DNA of 39,862 nt from IMG/VR virus record IMGVR_UViG_3300045988_132723; one strand, written 5' to 3'. The DNA is from a virus. A program made the translations under genes and the position numbers. Below are positions 1 to 8,296 of this stretch, piece after piece (within the stretch, counting starts at the first letter, position 1; the number at the start of each line of letters is the position of its first letter). Under the pieces are notes generated by a model. It made no database searches, had not been told where the DNA came from, and saw nothing but the letters and a program-made list of their open reading frames with translations.

Positions 1-2
1 TA

Positions 3-65
3 AAAGATATTAAAGAAAATAAAGGTTATTTATCAAATAGCATTGATAAAAAGTTTAGACTATAA
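3..65 (+). CDS. possible 3' end of a truncated ORF (KDIKENKGYLSNSIDKKFRL*) outside or at the edge of the prophage
   Basis: Short open frame entering from the left edge, followed by a terminator-like hairpin at 156-200. Confidence 0.25.
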   Translation, partial: KDIKENKGYLSNSIDKKFRL

Positions 66-155
66 CCTGATAGAATTAAGAGAATTTTTGAGAATAAAAA
101 ACTTAAAAATTCTTTTTTTTATTATTACTAAATCGCATTATTACATTAAAAAATT

Positions 156-200
156 AAGCACTAATTGAAATAATACCTGTTTCAATCAATATGTGCTTTT
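156..200 (+). terminator. nested stem-loop with T-run
   Basis: AAGCAC(156-161)/GTGCTT(193-198) enclosing ATTGAAA(164-170)/TTTCAAT(180-186), followed by TTTT. Confidence 0.5.
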
Positions 201-389
201 TAAAATTACTAAAATCTGAATATCCAAATGCTGTTTTTTAAAAACTTTGATTAGGAGATTATCTTTTTGAATAATTTGATAAAAATCTTTTTCTGGAAAA
301 GAAATATTATCATCTTGAATATTTAAGATGTCTTTGATAAAATTAGATAGAGACAATGAAATCACTTCCTTTATTGTTATTTTAAGCAA
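186..389 (-). CDS. hypothetical protein (67 aa)
   Basis: ORF only; no recognised motif. Confidence 0.3.
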   Translation of the reverse strand: MLKITIKEVISLSLSNFIKDILNIQDDNISFPEKDFYQIIQKDNLLIKVFKKQHLDIQILVILKSTY

Positions 390-598
390 TTTAGTTTTAA
401 CAGGAAAATTTAATTGTCTTAACTTTATTTTATAAAAAAATAGTACTAATATAAATTTCTTCCATCAACACCATTTATTATTACATTGATTTTCTAAATT
501 AAATTAATGCAAATCATCTGTAAATTAGCCTTTTAATGCACTTTTTAGAGTTTTAAAAAAGCTGTTAAACTTATGAAAAACTATAAAATTTTAACACT

Positions 599-622
599 AT
601 GTACACCACAATTTACACCACA
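599..622 (+). repeat. tandem TACACCACA motifs (602-610, 614-622); candidate integrase arm-type sites or att
   Basis: ATGTACACCACA(599-610) recurs exactly at 39536-39547, beyond the lysis genes. Confidence 0.45.
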
Positions 623-657
623 AATTTAATATCATATTTTTAAAATATAGTGTTATT

Positions 658-1680
658 TTATTGTAAAAGTTTTATCGCTTCTTCTAATTCCTCTAACTCA
701 GTATGAGTATAAATTTTCTTAGTAAATTCTTTATCCTCATGTCCTGCTAAATTTGATATTACTACATCATTTGCACCAGCTTTATTCAACATACTTGCAA
801 AAGTATGACGAGTGTCATGAATTGTATGCTCCATTCTTAACTCTTCCATAACTTTTTTAAAATTCATTCTAAATGTATCATAGTTGGCTTTTTTATTCAT
901 CCCTTTCCAAGTAAATAGAAATTTCATATTCTCACTCAGAAATGAGTCTACAATATTTCTTATTTTATTGTGAATTGGGATAGCTCTAACTCCTGCTGAT
1001 GTTTTGGACTGTTTTAAAAAGATAAAATTATTTTCAATATCTTCTCTTCTTAAAGATAAGAACTCCTCTATTCTTAATCCTGTGTATATTAAAACACACA
1101 GTACTTTACATATCCTATTATCTAAATTAAACAATATTTCCCTTTCATTTTCTGTAAATATTTTTCTAGTGATAACTCTTTCTCTTTTAATTAACTCTAT
1201 TAATGCAGAATAGTCTTTGTCAACTATTTCATACTTTAATGCATATTTATACATACCTCTTAATACCACTTTTGCATGATATTGAGATGACCAAGTTTTA
1301 ATTTCTTTATCAAAAAAATCTTGAAGGTCTATTGTTTTTAGTTCTGAAAAAATTCTGTCTTTTATTTTTGAAATATATCTATTGTAAGATACTTGATAAT
1401 GCTCTATTGTATTTGGTTTTATTTTTGGCTCATGAACAGCCCACCATCTTTCAAAAATATCTTTAACAGTTAATCTTTTTAAATCATAAGTATCTTTATT
1501 CTTTATATAATTAGCTAAAGCCTCATTAGCTTCAGATGCCTTAGCATAGTACCCTAAAATTTTTCTTTTTGGATTCCCAGTTTCTAAATCATATCCAGTT
1601 ACAACTATAACTTTAAATGGTTTCCTAAGTTTTCTGTCTTTAATTTTATAAATTGTTCCCGTACCATTTTCTCTACGCAT
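658..1680 (-). CDS. int: tyrosine recombinase / phage integrase
   Basis: Catalytic signatures 'LIYTGLRIEE', 'HDTRHTFAS', 'LAGHEDKEFTKKIYTH'; N-terminal AP2-like and SAM-like regions. Confidence 0.95.
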   Translation of the reverse strand: MRRENGTGTIYKIKDRKLRKPFKVIVVTGYDLETGNPKRKILGYYAKASEANEALANYIKNKDTYDLKRLTVKDIFERWWAVHEPKIKPNTIEHYQVSYNRYISKIKDRIFSELKTIDLQDFFDKEIKTWSSQYHAKVVLRGMYKYALKYEIVDKDYSALIELIKRERVITRKIFTENEREILFNLDNRICKVLCVLIYTGLRIEEFLSLRREDIENNFIFLKQSKTSAGVRAIPIHNKIRNIVDSFLSENMKFLFTWKGMNKKANYDTFRMNFKKVMEELRMEHTIHDTRHTFASMLNKAGANDVVISNLAGHEDKEFTKKIYTHTELEELEEAIKLLQ

Positions 1681-1822
1681 AAAAAATCACACTCCTTTCA
1701 AAATTTGACGTACTTAAATAGAGTGTGATATAATCTAAACAGATGATATAGAAGAGTACCACACTCTTGAAGCCTTTTAGTTGTTGGTAGCAACTGAGAG
1801 GCTTTTTTTGTTGTTTTTACCT

Positions 1823-2647
1823 CTATCTTCTTCTAGTAAAAAAAGTAGGTCTGGAAACTTGTTCTTTTATTTTTTCTATTGCAGAACTACCTAATTTTTC
1901 AATAATAATTTGTTCTAGCAAAGAAATTCCTTGACTGGATACTGCATAAAATAAGCCTTCCACAGGTTTATCTCCTATATGACATTGCTCTGAAACTATT
2001 CCTATTAATTGAGTCATGCCGTTAATTTCGGCAAAAATAGGAGATCCACTAGACCCTTTATTCACGGGAGCTTGTACGATAAAAGTACTTTTAGAAGCAT
2101 CCATTGTTAACAATCCATATAATCCTATAGGACAATTTAATTTATAAACATCATCACCATAATGATATCCTAAAATATTAACTGTATCATCTTGTAAGTT
2201 AAGCATTTTTCTATTTCCATAAATGTCAAGCCCAAAGGCATTATTTTCTGTGGCTAGAAAGTTATGCATAATCCAAGGACTACTTGTATTTTCATATTTT
2301 AAAAATGTAGGTCTAAGAAAATTCTTTGACTTTTTTAATATAACATTTTTAAGATATATCAAAGCTAAATCTTTAAACTCGTTTTCTACAACATCAACAT
2401 CTTTTTCAGCAAAAATAATTTCAATTTGAGAAACTTCATTTGTAAAATCATTAGTACTTTGAACCAAGAAACGATAGCTACTGTAATCTGGATTATCTAA
2501 AAGATGTTTAGCTGTAATTATACATGGTAAGTGAGCCTCTGAACCATCAATACCAACAGCATAAAAAAAACCTGACCCATAAGACACAACTTCCCCTTTA
2601 GAATTTAAAAGTTCGATCTTAGTAACTAATTTAAATAATTCATTCAT
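1823..2647 (-). CDS. trypsin-like serine protease (S1/chymotrypsin fold)
   Basis: Triad motifs 'IITAKHLL' (His), 'FKDLALIYL' (Asp), 'KGSSGSPIF' (Ser), then 'LIGIVSE'. Confidence 0.8.
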   Translation of the reverse strand: MNELFKLVTKIELLNSKGEVVSYGSGFFYAVGIDGSEAHLPCIITAKHLLDNPDYSSYRFLVQSTNDFTNEVSQIEIIFAEKDVDVVENEFKDLALIYLKNVILKKSKNFLRPTFLKYENTSSPWIMHNFLATENNAFGLDIYGNRKMLNLQDDTVNILGYHYGDDVYKLNCPIGLYGLLTMDASKSTFIVQAPVNKGSSGSPIFAEINGMTQLIGIVSEQCHIGDKPVEGLFYAVSSQGISLLEQIIIEKLGSSAIEKIKEQVSRPTFFTRRR

Positions 2648-2663
2648 ATAAAATCCTCCTAAT

Positions 2664-3212
2664 CTATTTTTTATTCACCAATAAATCTATTATTGGCATA
2701 ATTGAATCTTTAATTTTTTGTGCTTCTTCTTCGGATAAGCCATTAGTTTTATCTATAAATTCCGCTTGTAGTTTGAATAAAATACTATTTTTATTATTTG
2801 ATAAATAAAAAGAATTTTTAGTAATTGGTATTTTCCATTCAGCCATTACTCCTAATATAACATCATCACTAGATTTTTCATGAATCCATTCTGTTAAATT
2901 GAGGTCTATCCTAGCTTCATTTTTGCTCAAACCTTTTTCTTTTCTAACTTCCTCAATTTTATTAATGTATTCCATTTTAGTAATTGGTGGAATTTTTTTA
3001 GCATTAGACATTAAAAGTCTTTCTGCATCCAAATTTAATGCATTACAAATGACTTGAAATCTATCAAGTGGGATTACAGTCTCACCTGTTTCATATCTTT
3101 GTAAAGTAGAAGCACTTATTTTAGTTTTTTCAGCCAAATCTCTTAAAGATAAATTTAGTTTTTCTCTATTAGATTTGAGGACTTTGATTATATCTTCTAT
3201 ATTATAGCCCAT
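2664..3212 (-). CDS. XRE-family CI-like phage repressor
   Basis: N-terminal HTH 'LSLRDLAEKTKISASTLQRYETGETVIPLDRFQVICNAL'; divergent from the Cro-like gene. Confidence 0.85.
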   Translation of the reverse strand: MGYNIEDIIKVLKSNREKLNLSLRDLAEKTKISASTLQRYETGETVIPLDRFQVICNALNLDAERLLMSNAKKIPPITKMEYINKIEEVRKEKGLSKNEARIDLNLTEWIHEKSSDDVILGVMAEWKIPITKNSFYLSNNKNSILFKLQAEFIDKTNGLSEEEAQKIKDSIMPIIDLLVNKK

Positions 3213-3243
3213 AAAAACCTCCCTTAACGATTTGATTGAAATA

Positions 3244-3272
3244 ATTATACAATATTTTTTTTATTTATGCAA
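3244..3272 (-). promoter_or_regulatory. repressor promoter, TTGCAT-17-TATAAT on the minus strand
   Basis: Plus strand ATTATA(3244-3249) and ATGCAA(3267-3272), 17-nt spacer, upstream of ORF 2664-3212. Confidence 0.75.
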
Positions 3273-3331
3273 CTATTTTTTCATAACTATATCATAAAAA
3301 AGACAAATAAAAAAATTTTTTCAAAAATAGG

Positions 3332-3360
3332 TTGACAAAAAAGTTAGTATAGATTATACT
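3332..3360 (+). promoter_or_regulatory. early rightward promoter TTGACA-17-TATACT
   Basis: TTGACA 3332-3337, TATACT 3355-3360. Confidence 0.85.
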
Positions 3361-3376
3361 GTTTCATATATGATAC
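3346..3376. promoter_or_regulatory. candidate operators: AGTATA-GAT-TATACT and GTTTCATATATGATAC
   Basis: Inverted repeats overlapping and just after the -10. Confidence 0.5.
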
Positions 3377-3390
3377 AAAGGAGGTAGGAA

Positions 3391-3588
3391 ATGAAATTAT
3401 TAAAATTAAAAGGAAGAATTGCAGAAATGGGAATGACACAGCTAGAAATAGCAAAAAGGTTAAATTTAACCGCACAATCATTAAATGCAAAACTAAATGG
3501 TAGAGCAAATTTTAATATAGCCGAAGTTCGTATTTTAAGTGATATTTTAGCTATTGAAAATTTAAAAGAATTTTTTTTAATTAATTAG
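3391..3588 (+). CDS. Cro-like HTH protein (65 aa)
   Basis: 'MTQLEIAKRLNLTAQSLNAKLNGRANFNIAEV' HTH; RBS AAGGAGG. Confidence 0.8.
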   Translation: MKLLKLKGRIAEMGMTQLEIAKRLNLTAQSLNAKLNGRANFNIAEVRILSDILAIENLKEFFLIN

Positions 3589-3621
3589 TCTCATATTCAG
3601 GACAAAATAGAAGGAGGCATT

Positions 3622-3789
3622 ATGAATAAAAATTATGAAGAAGAATTAGAGGAAAATGAAATGGAAAAGGACAACAGAACAGATTGGGAGTATGCAAATG
3701 GCTATCGTAGAAATGGATATACATGTGCTGACTGCATTTATTCTGACTGTGATGGTAATCAATTATGTAGCTTATTTGAGCCTTGGTAA
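3622..3789 (+). CDS. small Cys-rich protein (55 aa), not in supplied track
   Basis: MNKNYEEELEENEMEKDNRTDWEYANGYRRNGYTCADCIYSDCDGNQLCSLFEPW; RBS AAGGAGG. Confidence 0.6.
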   Translation: MNKNYEEELEENEMEKDNRTDWEYANGYRRNGYTCADCIYSDCDGNQLCSLFEPW

Positions 3790-3803
3790 TTGAAAGGAGG
3801 AGC

Positions 3804-3971
3804 ATGGAAGAAATAATACTGATAGTTTTAATAATAAGTTACAGCATATTAATAGCAATACAGATAAGTATTTCCAAAGAATTAATGGAGATTAAAAAAA
3901 TTCTTTGGAAGGTGGCTAAGGACGAAAGTCTTGAGTTCACTTTGGAAAAGACCAAAAAAGATACCAAATAA
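3804..3971 (+). CDS. small membrane protein (likely start at ATG 3804)
   Basis: RBS AAAGGAGG upstream of ATG 3804; N-terminal hydrophobic helix MEEIILIVLIISYSILIAI. Confidence 0.55.
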   Translation: MEEIILIVLIISYSILIAIQISISKELMEIKKILWKVAKDESLEFTLEKTKKDTK

Positions 3972-4448
3972 CCAATAAATTAAATTGGAAAATTTTATAA
4001 AAATAGAATCTGTTTTTAAGCCTAAATATTGAAAAATAGTTCTAGGTAAGAAAATAACTAAATCTATCCAATGAAAAGGGCTAAAACATTTTTTTATTCT
4101 ATTCTTATAAACCCCTAAGGCATAATCAAACATTTTTAGTTCTACTCCAACAAAAACATTTAAAGGAGATGGATATGCCTTAAATGTAGAAGCATTAAAT
4201 TGAGCTAACTGACCATATCCCATAGGTTGAGTTATAGGAATAAGACTATCTTCTACACCAGCATCTTTAAATAATTTTAGGATTTCATCTTTAGTTTCAA
4301 AAGCTAATTTATTTGGCTTATCTGTCATTACTGTTAAAAAATATGAATATATCTTATTAACTCTATAAAAACAATAAAAATTTTTTAAAAAGGTATAAGA
4401 GAAAATACATAAAAATAAAATAAGAAAATTAGATAACATAGCAAACAC
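3882..4448 (-). CDS. membrane-associated hypothetical protein, possible lysogenic-conversion gene
   Basis: 188-aa ORF antisense to early genes; 'PITQPMGYGQLAQFNASTF..YKNRI..PFHWIDLVIFLPRTIFQYLGL' and hydrophobic segments. Confidence 0.7.
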   Translation of the reverse strand: MFAMLSNFLILFLCIFSYTFLKNFYCFYRVNKIYSYFLTVMTDKPNKLAFETKDEILKLFKDAGVEDSLIPITQPMGYGQLAQFNASTFKAYPSPLNVFVGVELKMFDYALGVYKNRIKKCFSPFHWIDLVIFLPRTIFQYLGLKTDSIFIKFSNLIYWLFGIFFGLFQSELKTFVLSHLPKNFFNLH

Positions 4449-4508
4449 CTCACAAATAATTTTTAGTTAAATTATATCACAAGTGAGGTAATAAAAGGAG
4501 AATAAGAA

Positions 4509-4745
4509 ATGGAAGATTTATATTTTAAAAATCACGAAGCAAGAACAATTTTTGGGCTTGCAGAGTTAGGAGGAAAACAACAACTAGATTTTCTTGGGAT
4601 AGATTTTGAACACTATTCTAATAACGAATTGGCTAAGAGTTGGTACACAGAAACAAAAAGAAAAATAGCTAATAGTAATCATCCAAAATTAGAAATAGCA
4701 TTGGCAAATTTAGAAAAATTATATAAGGGAATGATTGGAAAATAG
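4509..4745 (+). CDS. hypothetical early protein (78 aa)
   Basis: ORF with RBS GGAG. Confidence 0.6.
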   Translation: MEDLYFKNHEARTIFGLAELGGKQQLDFLGIDFEHYSNNELAKSWYTETKRKIANSNHPKLEIALANLEKLYKGMIGK

Positions 4746-4754
4746 GGAGGAATA

Positions 4755-4958
4755 ATGCTAGATATAAAGAAAATAGGAGAAAATTTTTACTTAGTTAACA
4801 GTGAATATACTGCAAGTAGTTTTAATGAAGCAGTAATAATTGCCAACAAAGGTAAGAAAATAAAAGGCTTTGAAGTGGAATATAAAGAAGTATCTTTTTG
4901 GAAGAATCTAAAAAATAAACTTAACTTTCCTTTTGCAATCTTAGAAAGTTGGATGTAA
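4755..4958 (+). CDS. hypothetical early protein (67 aa)
   Basis: ORF preceded by AGGGAGGA. Confidence 0.6.
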   Translation: MLDIKKIGENFYLVNSEYTASSFNEAVIIANKGKKIKGFEVEYKEVSFWKNLKNKLNFPFAILESWM

Positions 4959-4968
4959 GGAGGAAAAG

Positions 4969-5193
4969 ATGAAGAAATTTAAGGATCTAAAAAAGAAAAA
5001 AGAATTAATAGCACATTTAAAAGGTGGTTTTTCAAGGAGTTATTGTAGTGGAGGGATTTCAAAAATAGTTGGAGTTGTAAAAGTAAAAAATGGAAAAACC
5101 AATATTAAAGGTAAAAATACTGGTAGCTTTATATTGCTATATGGCTTAGCAGGACAATTAAGTAAAAATTATAAATTTGATAATTTAAGGTAG
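4969..5193 (+). CDS. hypothetical basic early protein (74 aa)
   Basis: ORF preceded by AAGGAGG. Confidence 0.55.
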   Translation: MKKFKDLKKKKELIAHLKGGFSRSYCSGGISKIVGVVKVKNGKTNIKGKNTGSFILLYGLAGQLSKNYKFDNLR

Positions 5194-5201
5194 GTGGGTT
5201 T

Positions 5202-5486
5202 ATGGAAAAGAATAGCTACTCTGTTGGAGAAGCAGCAAAATTAAAAGGTAGAACACCACAATTTATAAGAGAACAAATAAAGGCTGGAAAAATTCCTGGA
5301 TGTACTGCAACTAAAATAGGACCAAAGAACTGGTCTTATGACATACCAAAATTGGCATTTGATAACCATCTAAGGGGTGCAAACGCATTAGATATAGAAG
5401 CTATAAAAGAGGTAGTAAAAACAGCTTTTAAAGAAGTACTGGATGAAATAGTAAAAGAACAAGTGGAAAAGAGGTTAGCACAATGA
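5202..5486 (+). CDS. HTH/excisionase-like DNA-binding protein
   Basis: 'YSVGEAAKLKGRTPQFIREQIKAGKIPGCTATKIGPKNWSYDIP' MerR/Xis-like. Confidence 0.55.
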   Translation: MEKNSYSVGEAAKLKGRTPQFIREQIKAGKIPGCTATKIGPKNWSYDIPKLAFDNHLRGANALDIEAIKEVVKTAFKEVLDEIVKEQVEKRLAQ

Positions 5487-5584
5487 AAAAATTAGCAATA
5501 GTTTTAGCTGCAATATTGGTTATAAATAAAAGAAAAACATCTGAACCAGCCGACCAAAGCAAATCAGATGTTCAAAACAAATAG
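5483..5584 (+). CDS. 33-aa small peptide with hydrophobic N-terminus, not in track
   Basis: ATGA overlap with upstream stop; MKKLAIVLAAILVINKRKTSEPADQSKSDVQNK. Confidence 0.4.
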   Translation: MKKLAIVLAAILVINKRKTSEPADQSKSDVQNK

Positions 5585-5608
5585 GGTAGGTATTACTCTA
5601 CTTACCCT
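5583..5608 (+). terminator. hairpin AGGGTAGGTA...TACTTACCCT, weak terminator or attenuator
   Basis: Imperfect inverted repeat with short T-rich 3' flank. Confidence 0.3.
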
Positions 5609-5649
5609 TGATTTTACTACAAATATTAAAAAATATCAAGGAGGAATTT

Positions 5650-6006
5650 ATGTTAGTTTATGTATCACACCCAAATACTGGGGAAGAAGATAAGAAAATA
5701 GTTGAAAATTTCATAAAAGAAAACTTAAAAAAATATAAAGATGTAACATTCATATCGCCAATTCATATATTGGACTGGCAATATGATGAAAATACTCAAC
5801 TCTCAAAAAAAATGAATGATCATGTTGAGCTATTGGAAAAATGTGATGCCATCGTTATGAAAACATTGAAAGATGTTATGCACTATCCTGAATGCTTGTT
5901 AGAAGCAGGATATGCAAAAGGTAAAGCAATTTCTTTTGTGTTATGGGATGAATTTGATAAGTACATGAAAAGATTTGATGATGACTTTGAAGAAGATGAG
6001 GACTAG
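5650..6006 (+). CDS. DUF4406/nucleoside 2-deoxyribosyltransferase-like protein
   Basis: 'MLVYVSHPNTGEEDKKIVENFI..'; '..CDAIVMKTLKDVMHYPECLLEAGYAKGKAISFV'; likely start ATG 5650 after GGAGG. Confidence 0.65.
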   Translation: MLVYVSHPNTGEEDKKIVENFIKENLKKYKDVTFISPIHILDWQYDENTQLSKKMNDHVELLEKCDAIVMKTLKDVMHYPECLLEAGYAKGKAISFVLWDEFDKYMKRFDDDFEEDED

Positions 6007-6015
6007 GTGATATAA

Positions 6016-6351
6016 ATGTTAAAAGCAAAATTCATAGATAAAATTTTGGAAGTTATGCAAGAAGAAGCAGATAGAATTTGGGTAGATAACAAAGAGGTTA
6101 ATGTTTGCTTTAAAGATAGCAAAGATGTAGATGGTAATGCAGAAATACTTAAACATATCTATACTTTACAACTTAATAAAGCAGTTGGAGAGTACAGAAT
6201 AAGAATAGATTATAAGTTTAAAAATATTGAAATTCATAGAAATAATAAGTTTGTAACTCTTAGAGGATTTGGGAAATATGGTGTAACTGAAATATGGTCT
6301 ATGATTTTAGAAGAAATAGATAAAGATAAGGTGAAAAATAATGATAAATAG
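6016..6351 (+). CDS. hypothetical protein (111 aa)
   Basis: ORF in operon; overlaps the next ORF. Confidence 0.6.
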   Translation: MLKAKFIDKILEVMQEEADRIWVDNKEVNVCFKDSKDVDGNAEILKHIYTLQLNKAVGEYRIRIDYKFKNIEIHRNNKFVTLRGFGKYGVTEIWSMILEEIDKDKVKNNDK

Positions 6352-6658
6352 ATGGGATGTATTGGAATGTTTAAGGGAATATCCCAACAAGACAAGGAAA
6401 CAAATAGCTGAACATCTGAAAGAAGACTATGAAGCTATTAAAAAATGTATTTTAAGATTTAGAAAAAATGGTTGGATAAAAGAAGTTAATGGTAGTTGGG
6501 TGGTTCTTAAAACACCAGCTATAAATAAATCTGATGACAAAATAGAAATAGTAGAAGAAATGATGGAAACTCTTTTAGAAGATTTTAAGAGCAGCACAAA
6601 AGTAAGTGAAAGAATTAGATTAGCAGAACTATTAATACAACTATTAAGTAAATTTTAG
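6341..6658 (+). CDS. winged-helix/HTH protein
   Basis: 'NKTRKQIAEHLKEDYEAIKKCILRFRKNGWIKEVNGSWVV'. Confidence 0.6.
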   Translation: MINRWDVLECLREYPNKTRKQIAEHLKEDYEAIKKCILRFRKNGWIKEVNGSWVVLKTPAINKSDDKIEIVEEMMETLLEDFKSSTKVSERIRLAELLIQLLSKF

Positions 6659-6667
6659 GAGGACTTT

Positions 6668-6796
6668 ATGTTTTTAATAGATGGACATTACTATGAATTG
6701 GTATTAGAAGATGGAGATATTGCTGTTTTATCAAATGTTCTAACAGGTGAGCCATTAACTATACCTATTAAAAACTTATGGAATTATGCAATATAA
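6668..6796 (+). CDS. 42-aa protein, not in track
   Basis: MFLIDGHYYELVLEDGDIAVLSNVLTGEPLTIPIKNLWNYAI; RBS AGGAGG region. Confidence 0.45.
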   Translation: MFLIDGHYYELVLEDGDIAVLSNVLTGEPLTIPIKNLWNYAI

Positions 6797-6806
6797 AGGA
6801 GATTAG

Positions 6807-7094
6807 ATGTTAGAAAAACAAGTAGAAAACAAAATAAAAAAATGGTTAGAACAAAATAACCATTGGTACTTTAAAGTGCATGGTGGACCATTTCAAAAAA
6901 CAGGAGTACCAGACATTATAGCTTGTGTCAAAGGAAAATTTGTAGCCATAGAAGTTAAAAGAAGCGATGGTGGAATTGTTTCTGAATTACAAAAAGCTCA
7001 AATACAAAAGATAAAAGATAGTGGAGGTGTTGCTGGTGTAGCTAGTAGCATAGAAGAATTTTTACAGATATTAAAGGAGGCTAAATTGCTATGA
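6807..7094 (+). CDS. VRR-NUC domain nuclease
   Basis: 'KVHGGPFQKTGVPDIIACVKGKFVAIEVKR' PD-(D/E)xK motif. Confidence 0.85.
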   Translation: MLEKQVENKIKKWLEQNNHWYFKVHGGPFQKTGVPDIIACVKGKFVAIEVKRSDGGIVSELQKAQIQKIKDSGGVAGVASSIEEFLQILKEAKLL

Positions 7095-8296
7095 TGCTAT
7101 ACCAATATCAAAAAGATTTATTAGATAAGAGTTTAAAAAACTATATCTATCCACTTGGAACAGGTACAGGAAAGACTATTTTATCTATACATCATTATTT
7201 TAAATATGCACAAGATAAAAGATTAGTTATAGTTGCACCAGCTCAAAAAGTTAAAGAAGGTGGATGGGATAGAGAAGTTAATAATTTCAATAAATACTAT
7301 GGAACAAATATAGATTATGAAGTTGTTAATTATGGTAGATTAAAGCATGTCACTGGAGACAAGAATACTTATTTAATATTTGATGAGTGTCATTACATAA
7401 AAAACTATAAGAAATCTCAAAGAAGTAAACTGGCTTTAAAACTATGCAAGGCTTGTTATGGTTATTGTCTATTAAGTGCAACACCAGCAAGTAATGGTTA
7501 TCAAGATTTAGGAAACTATATGGCTATATTTGGAATATATGCTAGTGGATATAGTTATGAAAAAGCTAATGCAATAAAGAAAATGAACTACATGGGATTT
7601 TATGAAATAGTAGCTTGGAAGAATACAGAATACATTGATAAATGCTGGAAGGCTATAAGTAGTGCAGCTCTTAATAAAAATGACTGTTTAGATTTACCAG
7701 ATTTAGTATTTGAAGAAAAATATTTTGCAGCAGGAGAAGAATACATAACTATAAAAAAAGATAGGGTTTTAGGAGATGAATTGTATGATAGCTCTCCAAA
7801 ATTTATAGCTGGTCTTAGACAGTATGCTGGATTTAATGAAAAACTAGAATATTTAAAAGAGTTTAGAGAATCAACAGATTCTAATATCTTAATTTTCTAT
7901 AACTTTAAAAAAGAAGCTGAAGCTATAAAGGAATTAATAAAAGTAGATTATGAAGTCAATGGATCTATGAGTAGAATACCTAATTTTGAAGATTTCAAAA
8001 ATCTAAAAAATAAAACCACTCTTGTGCAAATTCAAGCGGGAGGGGCAGGGATAGAGCTTCAATATAATTCAGAAGTAATATTTTTTAGTCCTACTTGGAG
8101 TTATCAAGACTATGAGCAAGCCATTGGTAGAGCTTATAGGATAGGTCAAAAAAACAAAGTAACAGTTTATAAGTACATTGGACTAGGGACAATAGAAGAA
8201 AAGGTTTATACAAGGTTAGATGACAAAAAAGACTTTGTAGATAAGTTATTAAGTTTAGAAGATTTAGGAGGATATGAATGGAACAAGAAAAATTAA
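7091..8296 (+). CDS. SNF2-like superfamily 2 helicase
   Basis: Walker A-like 'PLGTGTGKT', 'IFDECHYIKN', C-terminal 'QIQAGGAGIELQ..QAIGRAYRIGQ'. Confidence 0.9.
   Translation: MMLYQYQKDLLDKSLKNYIYPLGTGTGKTILSIHHYFKYAQDKRLVIVAPAQKVKEGGWDREVNNFNKYYGTNIDYEVVNYGRLKHVTGDKNTYLIFDECHYIKNYKKSQRSKLALKLCKACYGYCLLSATPASNGYQDLGNYMAIFGIYASGYSYEKANAIKKMNYMGFYEIVAWKNTEYIDKCWKAISSAALNKNDCLDLPDLVFEEKYFAAGEEYITIKKDRVLGDELYDSSPKFIAGLRQYAGFNEKLEYLKEFRESTDSNILIFYNFKKEAEAIKELIKVDYEVNGSMSRIPNFEDFKNLKNKTTLVQIQAGGAGIELQYNSEVIFFSPTWSYQDYEQAIGRAYRIGQKNKVTVYKYIGLGTIEEKVYTRLDDKKDFVDKLLSLEDLGGYEWNKKN

Noticed and set aside
3620-3805. Minus-strand ORF 61 aa
   Set aside because: Antisense to the better-supported Cys-rich plus-strand ORF with RBS; low-complexity sequence.
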